From: Sulfurimonas sp.
GTDB taxonomy: Bacteria; Campylobacterota; Campylobacteria; Campylobacterales; Sulfurimonadaceae
Assembly (NCBI GenBank): GCA_041654255.1
Contig: JBAZDX010000008.1
Location: 7,210 to 71,209 of the forward strand
Direction of reading: 5' to 3'
DNA: 64,000 nt
This document shows positions 55,453 through 64,000 of the stretch, piece after piece. The position numbers and the translations under genes were made by a program. The notes beneath the pieces were generated by a model. That model did no database searches and had not been told where the DNA came from. It was given only the letters and a program-made list of their open reading frames with translations. The stretch's first letter is position 1. Each line of letters begins with the position of its first letter.

Positions 55453-56412
55453 ATGAAGAAGTTAACAATAGCAACGAGAACTTCAGATCTTGCCCTTTGG
55501 CAGGCGTATCACATTAAAGCCAGGATAGAAGCCTCTTATCCGGAGATTACGGTTGAACTGAACAAAATCGTAAGCAACGGCGATAAAGTTCTAGATAAAC
55601 CGCTGGCTCTAATCGGCGGAAAAGGTCATTTTACAAAAGAACTTGAAGATGAGATGCTAGCAGGAAATGCCGATTTGGCTGTTCATAGCTTAAAAGATGT
55701 TCCTACATATATTCCTGATGGTTTGGAATTGGTTGCAGTGACACAGAGGCAAGACCAAAGTGATGTTTTTTTGTCACACAAATATAAGTCCCTTGAGGAG
55801 TTGCCACAAGGCGCCGTGGTAGGCACTACAAGTTTAAGAAGAAGAATGCAGCTCTTAAATCGCCGTCCGGATTTGAGAGTAAAAGATTTAAGGGGTAATG
55901 TAAATACAAGACTTAGAAAACTCTCTGAGGGTCAATATGATGCGATTATTTTGGCGTTCATCGGTCTTCATAGATTGGATTTGCTAAAAAATATTCCATA
56001 TACCCAAAAATTATCGCTTGACATGATGATACCTCCGATGGGGCAGGCGGCTCTTGGAATAGAGATAGTTTGCAAAAATGAGAAGGTAAGAGAGATAGCA
56101 CTAAGCCTTAAAGATGAAAAAACATTTACATGTACAAAAATAGAGAGAGATTTTATATCAAAAATCGGAGCAGGATGTTCCGCACCGGTTGCTTGTAACG
56201 CCGTAATAGATGGTAGTATAGTTACTTTTAGAGCGATGATTGGATTCCCAGACGGTACAAATATTATGCAAGAGAAAATAGTTAGAAATCTTGAACAGAG
56301 TGACGGCTTAGGGTTTGAGATGGCTCAGGTTATGATAGACAAAGGCGCTTTGGAGTTGTTAAAAGGTGCACAAATGATAGCATTTAAAGATGAAATGCCG
56401 CAAAGATTATAA
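55453..56412 (+). CDS. hemC: Hydroxymethylbilane synthase
   Basis: It has 'IATRTSDLALWQA' and 'VGTTSLRR'. Confidence 0.95.
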   Translation: MKKLTIATRTSDLALWQAYHIKARIEASYPEITVELNKIVSNGDKVLDKPLALIGGKGHFTKELEDEMLAGNADLAVHSLKDVPTYIPDGLELVAVTQRQDQSDVFLSHKYKSLEELPQGAVVGTTSLRRRMQLLNRRPDLRVKDLRGNVNTRLRKLSEGQYDAIILAFIGLHRLDLLKNIPYTQKLSLDMMIPPMGQAALGIEIVCKNEKVREIALSLKDEKTFTCTKIERDFISKIGAGCSAPVACNAVIDGSIVTFRAMIGFPDGTNIMQEKIVRNLEQSDGLGFEMAQVMIDKGALELLKGAQMIAFKDEMPQRL

Positions 56413-56443
56413 AAAATTTATCAAATAAAATCAAAGAATAATT

Positions 56444-58258
56444 ATGAAAAGAACTATCGAGTTACTTAAAAAAAATGATGAACTAAGAGTTATTGATATA
56501 GAACTTGATATATATTTAGAAATTCCGCACCTTGCTTACGCAGAAGTAAAGAAAAAAGATGGCGGCAAGGCACTGCTCTTTACGAATGTTGTAGATAAAA
56601 AAAATGGCATAAAGTTTCAAGAGAGCGTGTTAATGAACGTTTTTGGTTCATATAAACGATGTGAACTTCTTTTTGGCAGAACAATAGAGTCTGTCGCCGA
56701 TGAGATAACCAAACTGCTCCATATGAAACCTCCTGAGGGTTTTTTAAATAAGCTCTCTATGGCAAGTGAGCTTTTTTCACTCAAAAATATATTTCCAAAA
56801 AAACTCAAAGGCGTCGGCGCTTGTCAGCAGATAAAATATTTAGAAGACAGTGTTGACCTCTATAAACTCCCTGTTCTTACTACTTGGGAGCAAGACGGCG
56901 GACCATTTATAACTATGGGGCAGGTTTATACTCAGAGTCTTGATGGCGAGATGGTAAATCTTGGAATGTACAGACTGCAAGTTTATGACAAAAATCATCT
57001 TGGCATGCACTGGCAGATTCATAAAGACTCTTCACATTTTTTTGACCAGTACCAAAAAGCAGGCAAAAAGATGCCAGTCAGCATTGCTATCGGTGGAGAC
57101 CCGCTTTACACTTGGTGCGCGACCGCTCCTCTTCCTTATGGTGTTAATGAACTTTTGATGTACGGACTTATAAAAAAAGAGCCTGCAAAACTTGTAAAAT
57201 CATTAACAACTCCGCTCTATATCCCGCATGATGTTGATTATGTTATTGAGGGCTGGGTGGATACTGCAGAGATGAGAGTTGAGGGACCGTTTGGAGATCA
57301 TACAGGTTACTATACTTTAGAAGAGCCATATCCTGTTATGGAAGTCAGTGCTATCACAATGAAAAAAGAGCGCACGTTTTTGGCTACGGTTGTCGGTAAA
57401 CCGCCACTTGAAGACAAATATATGGGATGGGCTACCGGAAAGATATTTTTTCCACTCCTAAAAACAACGGCTCCTGATTTGCTTGATTACCATATGCCTG
57501 AAAATGCAGGTTTTCATAATCTTATTCTTGCAAAGATGCAGCCGCATTATAAAGGACACGCAAAACAGTTTATGCACGCTTTTTGGGGTGCGGGGCAGAT
57601 GAGCTTTGTCAAACATGCAATATTTTTAGATGAAAAAGCTCCTAAACTAGATAGCTATGAGGCTGTAACTGCATATATCCTTGATAGATTTACGCCAAAA
57701 TCTCTCTTTATAACAGAGGGGATTTTAGACGCGCTTGACCACTCATCTCCTGAGTCGCTAGTTGGCGGAAAACTAGGAATAGACGCAACTGCAGCACATA
57801 AGGTAGAAGCTCCAGAACTGCTTGGCGATGAAGAGCTGCTTATAAGAGTTAAAAAAATTATTCCAGATGCGCTTAATCTTCATCAATTTATGAGAAGAAC
57901 AAATAATCCCATCACAGTAATATCTGTAAACAAAACAAAAAATGTAAAAGAGTATTTTGACGCACTTGTAGAATTAAGTATGTATATCAGGATTGTTGTT
58001 TTTGTGGATGCAGCTAAAAATGATATATTTAATGACTACATGTTAGTTTGGAGAGTTACAAATAATATAGATGCTCTTAGAGATATTTTTATCTCAGGAT
58101 TAATGGTCGCAGTTGATGGAACAAATAAAAATATATTAGACAATTTCAGCAGAAGATGGCCCGATGATGTAGATTGTACTTTAAGTGTTGTAGAGTCGCT
58201 AAAGAGCAAAGGAGTTTGGGATTTAAGTGAAAAATTGTATGAAAAGTTTCAATTGTGA
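56444..58258 (+). CDS. UbiD-family decarboxylase (menaquinone biosynthesis type)
   Basis: The family pattern 'GGPFITMGQV...GMYRLQV' is present, and the protein is ~600 aa. Confidence 0.85.
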   Translation: MKRTIELLKKNDELRVIDIELDIYLEIPHLAYAEVKKKDGGKALLFTNVVDKKNGIKFQESVLMNVFGSYKRCELLFGRTIESVADEITKLLHMKPPEGFLNKLSMASELFSLKNIFPKKLKGVGACQQIKYLEDSVDLYKLPVLTTWEQDGGPFITMGQVYTQSLDGEMVNLGMYRLQVYDKNHLGMHWQIHKDSSHFFDQYQKAGKKMPVSIAIGGDPLYTWCATAPLPYGVNELLMYGLIKKEPAKLVKSLTTPLYIPHDVDYVIEGWVDTAEMRVEGPFGDHTGYYTLEEPYPVMEVSAITMKKERTFLATVVGKPPLEDKYMGWATGKIFFPLLKTTAPDLLDYHMPENAGFHNLILAKMQPHYKGHAKQFMHAFWGAGQMSFVKHAIFLDEKAPKLDSYEAVTAYILDRFTPKSLFITEGILDALDHSSPESLVGGKLGIDATAAHKVEAPELLGDEELLIRVKKIIPDALNLHQFMRRTNNPITVISVNKTKNVKEYFDALVELSMYIRIVVFVDAAKNDIFNDYMLVWRVTNNIDALRDIFISGLMVAVDGTNKNILDNFSRRWPDDVDCTLSVVESLKSKGVWDLSEKLYEKFQL

Positions 58259-58343
58259 TAATTTTATATATTTTTTATTGACTATAAGGTTAATATAATA
58301 AATAGTGATGTAACATAAACCATTATTATAAGGGATTCTGCGC

Positions 58344-58685
58344 ATGAATAAGTTTTTAATTTCCATCTTGTCTATATTTATATTTTCCTCACTGACTGTG
58401 GATGCGGCGGTGTATAAAGGGCAGAGTGAATATGTAAAAAAATGTGTTAAATGTCATAAGGCTGGGCAAGCTTTTGTTGCAACAAAGAAAAAGAGAGAGT
58501 GGAGTGTCCTTATGAAAGATAAAGGTCAAAAATTGGCCGAAATTCATCTGGAGAGTGAGGTAAAGGGTGTGGAAGATTCCCATGAATATTTCGAAAGCAA
58601 AATTTATAGTAAAAATTCAAAGCATTTGCAAGATTTTTTATTTGAGTATGCGAGCGATAGCGGCAACGTACCCGCTTGTAATTAA
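58344..58685 (+). CDS. Monohaem cytochrome c
   Basis: It has a signal peptide and the 'CVKCH' haem-binding motif. Confidence 0.75.
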   Translation: MNKFLISILSIFIFSSLTVDAAVYKGQSEYVKKCVKCHKAGQAFVATKKKREWSVLMKDKGQKLAEIHLESEVKGVEDSHEYFESKIYSKNSKHLQDFLFEYASDSGNVPACN

Positions 58686-58703
58686 TCCCTCTTTTTTTAT
58701 AAT

Positions 58704-58729
58704 TTCAAGATAGAAAAATCTATCTTGAA
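58704..58729 (+). terminator. Hairpin downstream of the cytochrome c gene
   Basis: It is a 10-bp perfect inverted repeat, TTCAAGATAG-AAAAAT-CTATCTTGAA. It has no clear trailing T-tract. Confidence 0.35.
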
Positions 58730-58820
58730 TTACTATCTTCACTTTGTAAAATCATTTAATTTAGCTAAAATACCAAACTTTTTAAATAACTTTTTATAAA
58801 ATAAAATCAAGGGAACTATT

Positions 58821-60200
58821 ATGAACAAAATGTGGTCAGGTCGTTTTTCTGCGAGTGCATCAAGCCTTTTAGATCAATTTAACGCTTCTATTATGTTTGA
58901 CAGAAAACTATATCGCGAAGATATTGAAGGTTCTATTGCACATGCTGCAATGCTTGCTAAACAGGGCATTTTAACTGCCGATGAACTATCTCAGATAACA
59001 AAAGGGCTCTCTCAAGTAAAAGAGGAGATAGAGTCAGGCGTGTTTGAGTGGAAAATATCGGATGAAGACCTCCACATGGGGATTGAGAAGCGATTAACTG
59101 CTATTATCGGTGACGCCGGCAAGAAGCTCCATACGGCAAGAAGCAGAAACGACCAAGTTGCGGTCGATTTTCGCCGTTATGTTCTTCGTAAAAATTTAGA
59201 GATAGCGGGTGCACTTAAACTTTTAATGCATGAGATATTAGTTATAGCTTCAAAGCACACAAAAACTCTTGTTCCGGGAATGACGCATCTTCAGCATGCA
59301 CAACCGATTAATTTTGCTTTTCATCTAAGCGCTTATTTAGCGATGTTTAAAAGAGATATTGAGAGATTTGAGAGCTCACATGAGAGAAATAACGTCTCTC
59401 CGCTTGGATGCGCGGCACTTGCAGGAACACCGCATAAAATAGACAGAGATATGACGGCGGAGCTTTTAGGATTTGAGAGCGTGAGCGTAAATTGTCTCGA
59501 TACCGTGAGTGACAGAGATTTTGCGTTAGAGATTTTGTTTAACATCTCAACCATGATGATGCATATTTCACGTCTTAGCGAAGAGCTTGTTATGTGGTCT
59601 AGTTATGAGTTTAGATTTATTGAACTTAGCGATGAGTACTCGACAGGTTCATCAATTATGCCGCAAAAGAAAAATCCGGATGTTCCGGAGCTTCTTCGCG
59701 GTAAAACAGGTCGGGTTTATGGTTCTTTAATGGGGCTTTTAACCGTTATGAAAGGTCTTCCGCTTGCTTACAACAAAGATACGCAGGAAGATAAAGAGGG
59801 CGTCTTTGATGCGGTTGAGACTGCTGAAATTTCACTGGAAATACTAAAAGAGGCTCTTAAGAGTATGCAGGTTAAGGCTCACAATATGAGTAATGCTTGT
59901 AAAATGGGGCATCTGAGTGCTACTGATTTGGCAGATTATCTTGTTCAAAAGTGTGATATTCCCTTCAGAGAGGCTCACTTTATCACCGGAAAAGCGGTAG
60001 CAAAAAGTGAAGAGCTAAAAATTGATTTGAGCGATATTGAGCTAAAATATCTCCAAGAGATTGATAGCAGAATCGGCGAAGATGTTTTGGCATTTTTGTC
60101 AATTGAAAACTCTATGAATGCAAGAACTTCAGCAGGCGGAACGTCTACGCAAAGAACAGAAGAACAGATCTCTTATTTTAAAAACTTTTTGGAGAAATAA
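58821..60200 (+). CDS. argH: Argininosuccinate lyase
   Basis: It has 'MWSGRF' and '[12 protein letters not shown]'. Confidence 0.95.
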   Translation: MNKMWSGRFSASASSLLDQFNASIMFDRKLYREDIEGSIAHAAMLAKQGILTADELSQITKGLSQVKEEIESGVFEWKISDEDLHMGIEKRLTAIIGDAGKKLHTARSRNDQVAVDFRRYVLRKNLEIAGALKLLMHEILVIASKHTKTLVPGMTHLQHAQPINFAFHLSAYLAMFKRDIERFESSHERNNVSPLGCAALAGTPHKIDRDMTAELLGFESVSVNCLDTVSDRDFALEILFNISTMMMHISRLSEELVMWSSYEFRFIELSDEYSTGSSIMPQKKNPDVPELLRGKTGRVYGSLMGLLTVMKGLPLAYNKDTQEDKEGVFDAVETAEISLEILKEALKSMQVKAHNMSNACKMGHLSATDLADYLVQKCDIPFREAHFITGKAVAKSEELKIDLSDIELKYLQEIDSRIGEDVLAFLSIENSMNARTSAGGTSTQRTEEQISYFKNFLEK

Positions 60201-60202
60201 TT

Positions 60203-60667
60203 TTGAAAGTAGTTGTATCACATTTGAACGAGATGAAGTTTGAGGCAAAAACAGATAAAAGCAGCTTTATAATCGATGCTCCGCAAATATCTCCGCTGGA
60301 GTATTTTTTATCTGGAATCATCTCATGCAGCGCTACGGATATGGTTTTGCTTCCTAAAAATCAAGGCAAAACCGTTTCAAATCTTGTTATAAGTGGAGAT
60401 GCCACCAGAAACGAGGATTTTCCAAAAAAGTTTAACACTCTTCATCTTGATTACAGTTTTGATTCGGACGCGGATGATGTTGTTGCAGCAAGATGGGTTA
60501 TGGCTTCACTGGAGACATACTGCTCAACAATCAACACCATAAGAGACGGTGTTGCCATAAGTTACTCCATAACTCATAATGGCACTAAAATCAGAGAGAA
60601 CGAGAACATGATATCAGGCGGCGGAAGTAAAATAGATATGGGCAAGATAGAGAGCTGCCCATCATAA
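60203..60667 (+). CDS. OsmC-family protein
   Basis: It has a TTG start, and the size and 'LSGIISCSATD' fit the pattern. Confidence 0.6.
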   Translation: MKVVVSHLNEMKFEAKTDKSSFIIDAPQISPLEYFLSGIISCSATDMVLLPKNQGKTVSNLVISGDATRNEDFPKKFNTLHLDYSFDSDADDVVAARWVMASLETYCSTINTIRDGVAISYSITHNGTKIRENENMISGGGSKIDMGKIESCPS

Positions 60668-60675
60668 TAAATTTA

Positions 60676-61032
60676 CTAAATCATACTCTTTGGGTTCGCA
60701 TCGCTTAAGTGCGACCATGACAGTTTAGCTCCGCCAAATATATGAAAATGGAGGTGTTTTACCTCTTGGCCTCCATCTTCACCGACATTTGTGATAACCC
60801 TGTATCCACTCTTGTCAATATTCATCTCTTTTGCAATATCTTGTATAAATTTAGTCATATTTTTCATAATTTCCGGAGTTACTTCATTGAAACTATCTAC
60901 ATGTATTTTTGGGATTGCTAAGACATGAACGGGAGCTTTTGGATTTATATCGTGAAATGCCAGAAAATCCTCATTTTCTAAGATAATATTTGATGGTATT
61001 TCTTTGTTGATAATTTTACAAAATATACACAT
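60676..61032 (-). CDS. HIT-family (histidine triad) protein
   Basis: It has the 'HLHFHIFGG' histidine triad. Confidence 0.9.
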   Translation of the reverse strand: MCIFCKIINKEIPSNIILENEDFLAFHDINPKAPVHVLAIPKIHVDSFNEVTPEIMKNMTKFIQDIAKEMNIDKSGYRVITNVGEDGGQEVKHLHFHIFGGAKLSWSHLSDANPKSMI

Positions 61033-61147
61033 TATTAGCCTCTTTTTTTATTTATTGTAGCATATAAATTGACAAATGAAGCTGTATATAAATTATTTTT
61101 GACTATAATCATCCTAAAATTTAAGAGGGTATTTTCCTCTAGTATGG

Positions 61148-62149
61148 GTGAGTCTATTGAAAGAATGGTATGACGAAATAAAAGGGGCACAGAGTGTTGA
61201 TAGAATCGAAGAGATTCGCATATCTGTATTTGGCAAAAAGGGTGTTTTAGCAGCAGAATTTGCTAGAATGAAAGAAGCCCCAGACGAAGAGAAATCAAAA
61301 ATAGCACAAGAGCTGAATTTACACAAAAATGCGCTTATGAATGAGTTGAGCGCCAAAAAAATAACTCTTCAGACATTAGAACTGCAAGCAAATATGATGG
61401 CAGAGGCAATCGACGTTTCTATGTTTGGACAGAAGCCTGAATGCGGCGCGCTGCATCCCGTCATGGAGACAATGGATAAGATCGTAGAGTACTTCTCTTC
61501 AATGAATTTTGCAGTAAAAACCGGAACTATGGTAGAGGATGATTTTAACAATTTTGAAGCTCTAAACTTACCAAAATATCATCCTGCGCGTGACATGCAA
61601 GATACTTTTTACTTCAAAGACGAAATGCTGCTTCGTACGCACACTTCACCGGTTCAGATAAGAACTATGATGAGCACAAAACCGCCAATCCGTATGATAG
61701 CCCCGGGTGCAGTTTTTAGAAGAGATTACGATATTACTCATACACCTATGTTTCATCAGGTAGAGGGGCTTTTGGTTGACGAAGAGGGTAAGGTATCTTT
61801 TGCAAACCTAAAGTTTATTTTAGAGGATTTTCTTAAGTACATGTTCGGCGACGTAGAAGTTCGTTTTAGACCTAGTTTCTTTCCTTTTACGGAACCTTCG
61901 GCGGAGGTGGATATCTCTTGTGTATTTTGTAAAGGTAGCGGCTGCAGAGTTTGTTCAAAAACCGGATGGCTTGAAGTTTTGGGTTGCGGAATTGTAGATC
62001 CAAATGTTTTTGAAGCAGTTAAATATGAGAATGTCAGTGGATATGCTTTTGGTCTTGGAGTTGAGAGATTTGCGATGCTTATTCATCAAATAGGAGATCT
62101 TCGTTCACTCTTTGAGGGAGATATTAAGTTGCTGGAGCAGTTTCAATGA
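61148..62149 (+). CDS. pheS: Phenylalanyl-tRNA synthetase alpha subunit
   Basis: It has '[11 protein letters not shown]', '[12 protein letters not shown]' and '[11 protein letters not shown]'. Confidence 0.95.
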   Translation: MSLLKEWYDEIKGAQSVDRIEEIRISVFGKKGVLAAEFARMKEAPDEEKSKIAQELNLHKNALMNELSAKKITLQTLELQANMMAEAIDVSMFGQKPECGALHPVMETMDKIVEYFSSMNFAVKTGTMVEDDFNNFEALNLPKYHPARDMQDTFYFKDEMLLRTHTSPVQIRTMMSTKPPIRMIAPGAVFRRDYDITHTPMFHQVEGLLVDEEGKVSFANLKFILEDFLKYMFGDVEVRFRPSFFPFTEPSAEVDISCVFCKGSGCRVCSKTGWLEVLGCGIVDPNVFEAVKYENVSGYAFGLGVERFAMLIHQIGDLRSLFEGDIKLLEQFQ

Positions 62150-64000
62150 TAGTTACTAAAAGTTGGTTAAACGAGTGGATAGATTTAAGTGCGATATCTA
62201 CTGATAAATTAGTAAAAACACTAAACTCAATAGGCTTGGAAGTAGACAGCGTCTCAACTTATAAAATTCCTGAGAAAATAGTATTCGGCAGAGTAGTAGA
62301 TTGCCAAAAACATCCAGAAGCGGATAAATTAAATATTTGTCAAGTAGATATCGGAGAAAGCGTACGTCAGATAGTTTGCGGTGCCTCAAATGTCAGAGCC
62401 GGACTTGATGTTGTTGTTGCAACCTTAGGTGCTGTTATGCCCGATGGTATGGTTATTAAACCTGTAAAACTTCGCGGGGTAGAGTCTGAGGGTATGATAT
62501 GCTCTGCGAAAGAGATTGGTTTAGGAGATGTTCAGGATGGAATCATTGAACTAGACAGCAGTATCGGAAAATATAAGATAGGCGAAGAAGTTTCTACAAA
62601 TCCAATTTTTAGCGATGACATAATAGAAATAGAGTTGACTGCAAATCGCGGCGACTGCCTAAGTATTAGGGGTATTGCAAGAGATTTGAGTGCAGCTTTT
62701 GATAAGCCTCTCAGAGAGAGAAACAAAAAAGAGGATGAAGATAAAAGGGTCGGAATAGGGCGAATTTTAACGTTATCTCATGAGAACAATCTGGATGTAA
62801 ATATCAGATATAAAGCAATAGATTTAAAAAACTTAAATCTGCCGTTTGTAATAAAGCTTAGACTTGTGCAAATAGAAGAGAAGAGAGAAACAGACATAGA
62901 GTCGCTTATTCTTTATGCAACTCATAGCAGCGGCGTTATTATAAGAGCATACGGTTTTGGTTTTTTCTGTGGGCAAAATGAGACTATGGCAAAAGCGTCA
63001 CTATGCAAAGATGAGAATGGCTTTGCGTCAATTATGTCAAAAGATAAAAAAGCTTCTATCGTCGGAGTAATTCAAGCTGATGATTCTAAGGTCTCTTACA
63101 GCGAAGGTACCGTTTTAATCGAGGCTACCTATATTCCGCCGGATGTCATATCTAAAAAAATGCAAGAAAATAAGATACCTGCCGGAACTGTCTATTATAG
63201 AAGTTCAAGGGGCAGTGAGCCGGATCTGAATCAAGGTCTGGATTATTGTATCAGTATTGTTGAATCATACTCTGATTCTACAGTTTTTGGCGGTACAATT
63301 GAGCTTGGCGAGCCGCATGAAGATAAAATGATAAGCGTTAGCAAAAAAGAGATAGATGATATAATCGGTGCAAATATAGACAAAGCAAAGATAACAAAAA
63401 TACTTAAAAATTTAGGTTTTAATACAACAAAATCATCAGGCGACAGTTTTGTAATTTCTGTTCCAAAATTTAGACATGACATTGTCAATAGACAGGATAT
63501 TGTTGAGGAGATTGTTCGTTTGGTCGGGATTGACAATATTCCCTCAAAACCATTCACTTTCACAGAAGACAATAGACTCGGTGATGATTATAACAGATAC
63601 AAAAAGAGACAAACATACAGACATAAAGCGGCTTATAGCGGTTTTTTTGAGTCTGTTCATTTTGTTTTTGATGAAAAGAGAGTCTTAGAAGAGTTTGGAT
63701 TTGAGACTATTGATGAGAGTAAAGAGTTGCTAAACCCTATCGTAAATACGCTAGACACGCTGAGACCTACACTGCTTACGGGCTTGCTCAAAGCTGCATC
63801 CAATAACAGTAAAAATGGGTATTCGTCTGTAAAGCTTTTTGAAGTAGGTTCGGTATTTAACTCCCAAAGAGAAGAGTCTTTAAAGATGGCAATGCTTTTT
63901 TGCGGAGACAGAGAGCTTGATGGTCTATCTAACTCCGGAAAACCTGCTAAAGTAGATTTTGCTTTTTTTGCGCAGAAGATTTCTGACATTATAGGAGCAT
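62146..64000 (+). CDS. pheT: Phenylalanyl-tRNA synthetase beta subunit (3' end lies outside the window)
   Basis: Its start forms an ATGA overlap with the pheS stop codon. It translates to '[15 protein letters not shown]...[20 protein letters not shown]' (tRNA-binding domain). The frame stays open to the end of the window. Confidence 0.9.
   Translation, partial: MIVTKSWLNEWIDLSAISTDKLVKTLNSIGLEVDSVSTYKIPEKIVFGRVVDCQKHPEADKLNICQVDIGESVRQIVCGASNVRAGLDVVVATLGAVMPDGMVIKPVKLRGVESEGMICSAKEIGLGDVQDGIIELDSSIGKYKIGEEVSTNPIFSDDIIEIELTANRGDCLSIRGIARDLSAAFDKPLRERNKKEDEDKRVGIGRILTLSHENNLDVNIRYKAIDLKNLNLPFVIKLRLVQIEEKRETDIESLILYATHSSGVIIRAYGFGFFCGQNETMAKASLCKDENGFASIMSKDKKASIVGVIQADDSKVSYSEGTVLIEATYIPPDVISKKMQENKIPAGTVYYRSSRGSEPDLNQGLDYCISIVESYSDSTVFGGTIELGEPHEDKMISVSKKEIDDIIGANIDKAKITKILKNLGFNTTKSSGDSFVISVPKFRHDIVNRQDIVEEIVRLVGIDNIPSKPFTFTEDNRLGDDYNRYKKRQTYRHKAAYSGFFESVHFVFDEKRVLEEFGFETIDESKELLNPIVNTLDTLRPTLLTGLLKAASNNSKNGYSSVKLFEVGSVFNSQREESLKMAMLFCGDRELDGLSNSGKPAKVDFAFFAQKISDIIGA

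Noticed and set aside
63618-63629. A 12-nt partial match to the island box (CAGACATAAAGC) inside pheT
   Set aside because: It lies within a conserved coding frame, lacks the 3' part of the box and the N12-hexamer arrangement, and is plausibly a chance match in AT-rich DNA.

Overview
This is an AT-rich bacterial chromosome segment. The housekeeping genes (rny, fliL, radA, hemA/hemC, UbiD-type menaquinone decarboxylase, pheST) suggest Campylobacterota, but that is only an inference from gene content. There are four parts. (1) 1-13.9 kb is a complete type III-B (Cmr) CRISPR-Cas locus. It contains a WYL regulator (5' end outside the window), a DHH/NrN-like phosphodiesterase fused to a CorA-type channel, a RhuM-Doc/Fic gene wedged into the operon, cmr1-cas10-cmr3-cmr4-cmr5-cmr6, a tiny acidic membrane ORF, RT-Cas1, Cas2, a ~400 bp leader with a reiterated 13-nt box, and a 14-repeat array. 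No Cas6 is visible, and the Cas10 is very small and lacks an HD domain. (2) 13.9-26.9 kb holds a few orphan genes followed by core genes. (3) 26.9-41.2 kb is an accessory island inserted between rny and a CDF transporter gene. All of its genes are on the + strand. It is divided into seven transcription-unit-like cassettes, each opened by a near-identical 18-nt box, an exact 12-nt spacer and a -10-like hexamer. Cargo includes a truncated AAA+ ATPase, an FtsZ-like GTPase domain with a Tat-type signal, DUF4116, SIR2, HipBA, and WYL + DUF2779 nuclease + a pseudogenised DUF262. Several gene remnants point to cassette turnover. (4) 41.2-64 kb is ordinary housekeeping. The two best candidates for new biology are the boxed cassette island and the RhuM-Doc / NrN-CorA ancillary module of the Cmr locus. 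All coordinates and motif counts were derived by hand. No database search was possible.
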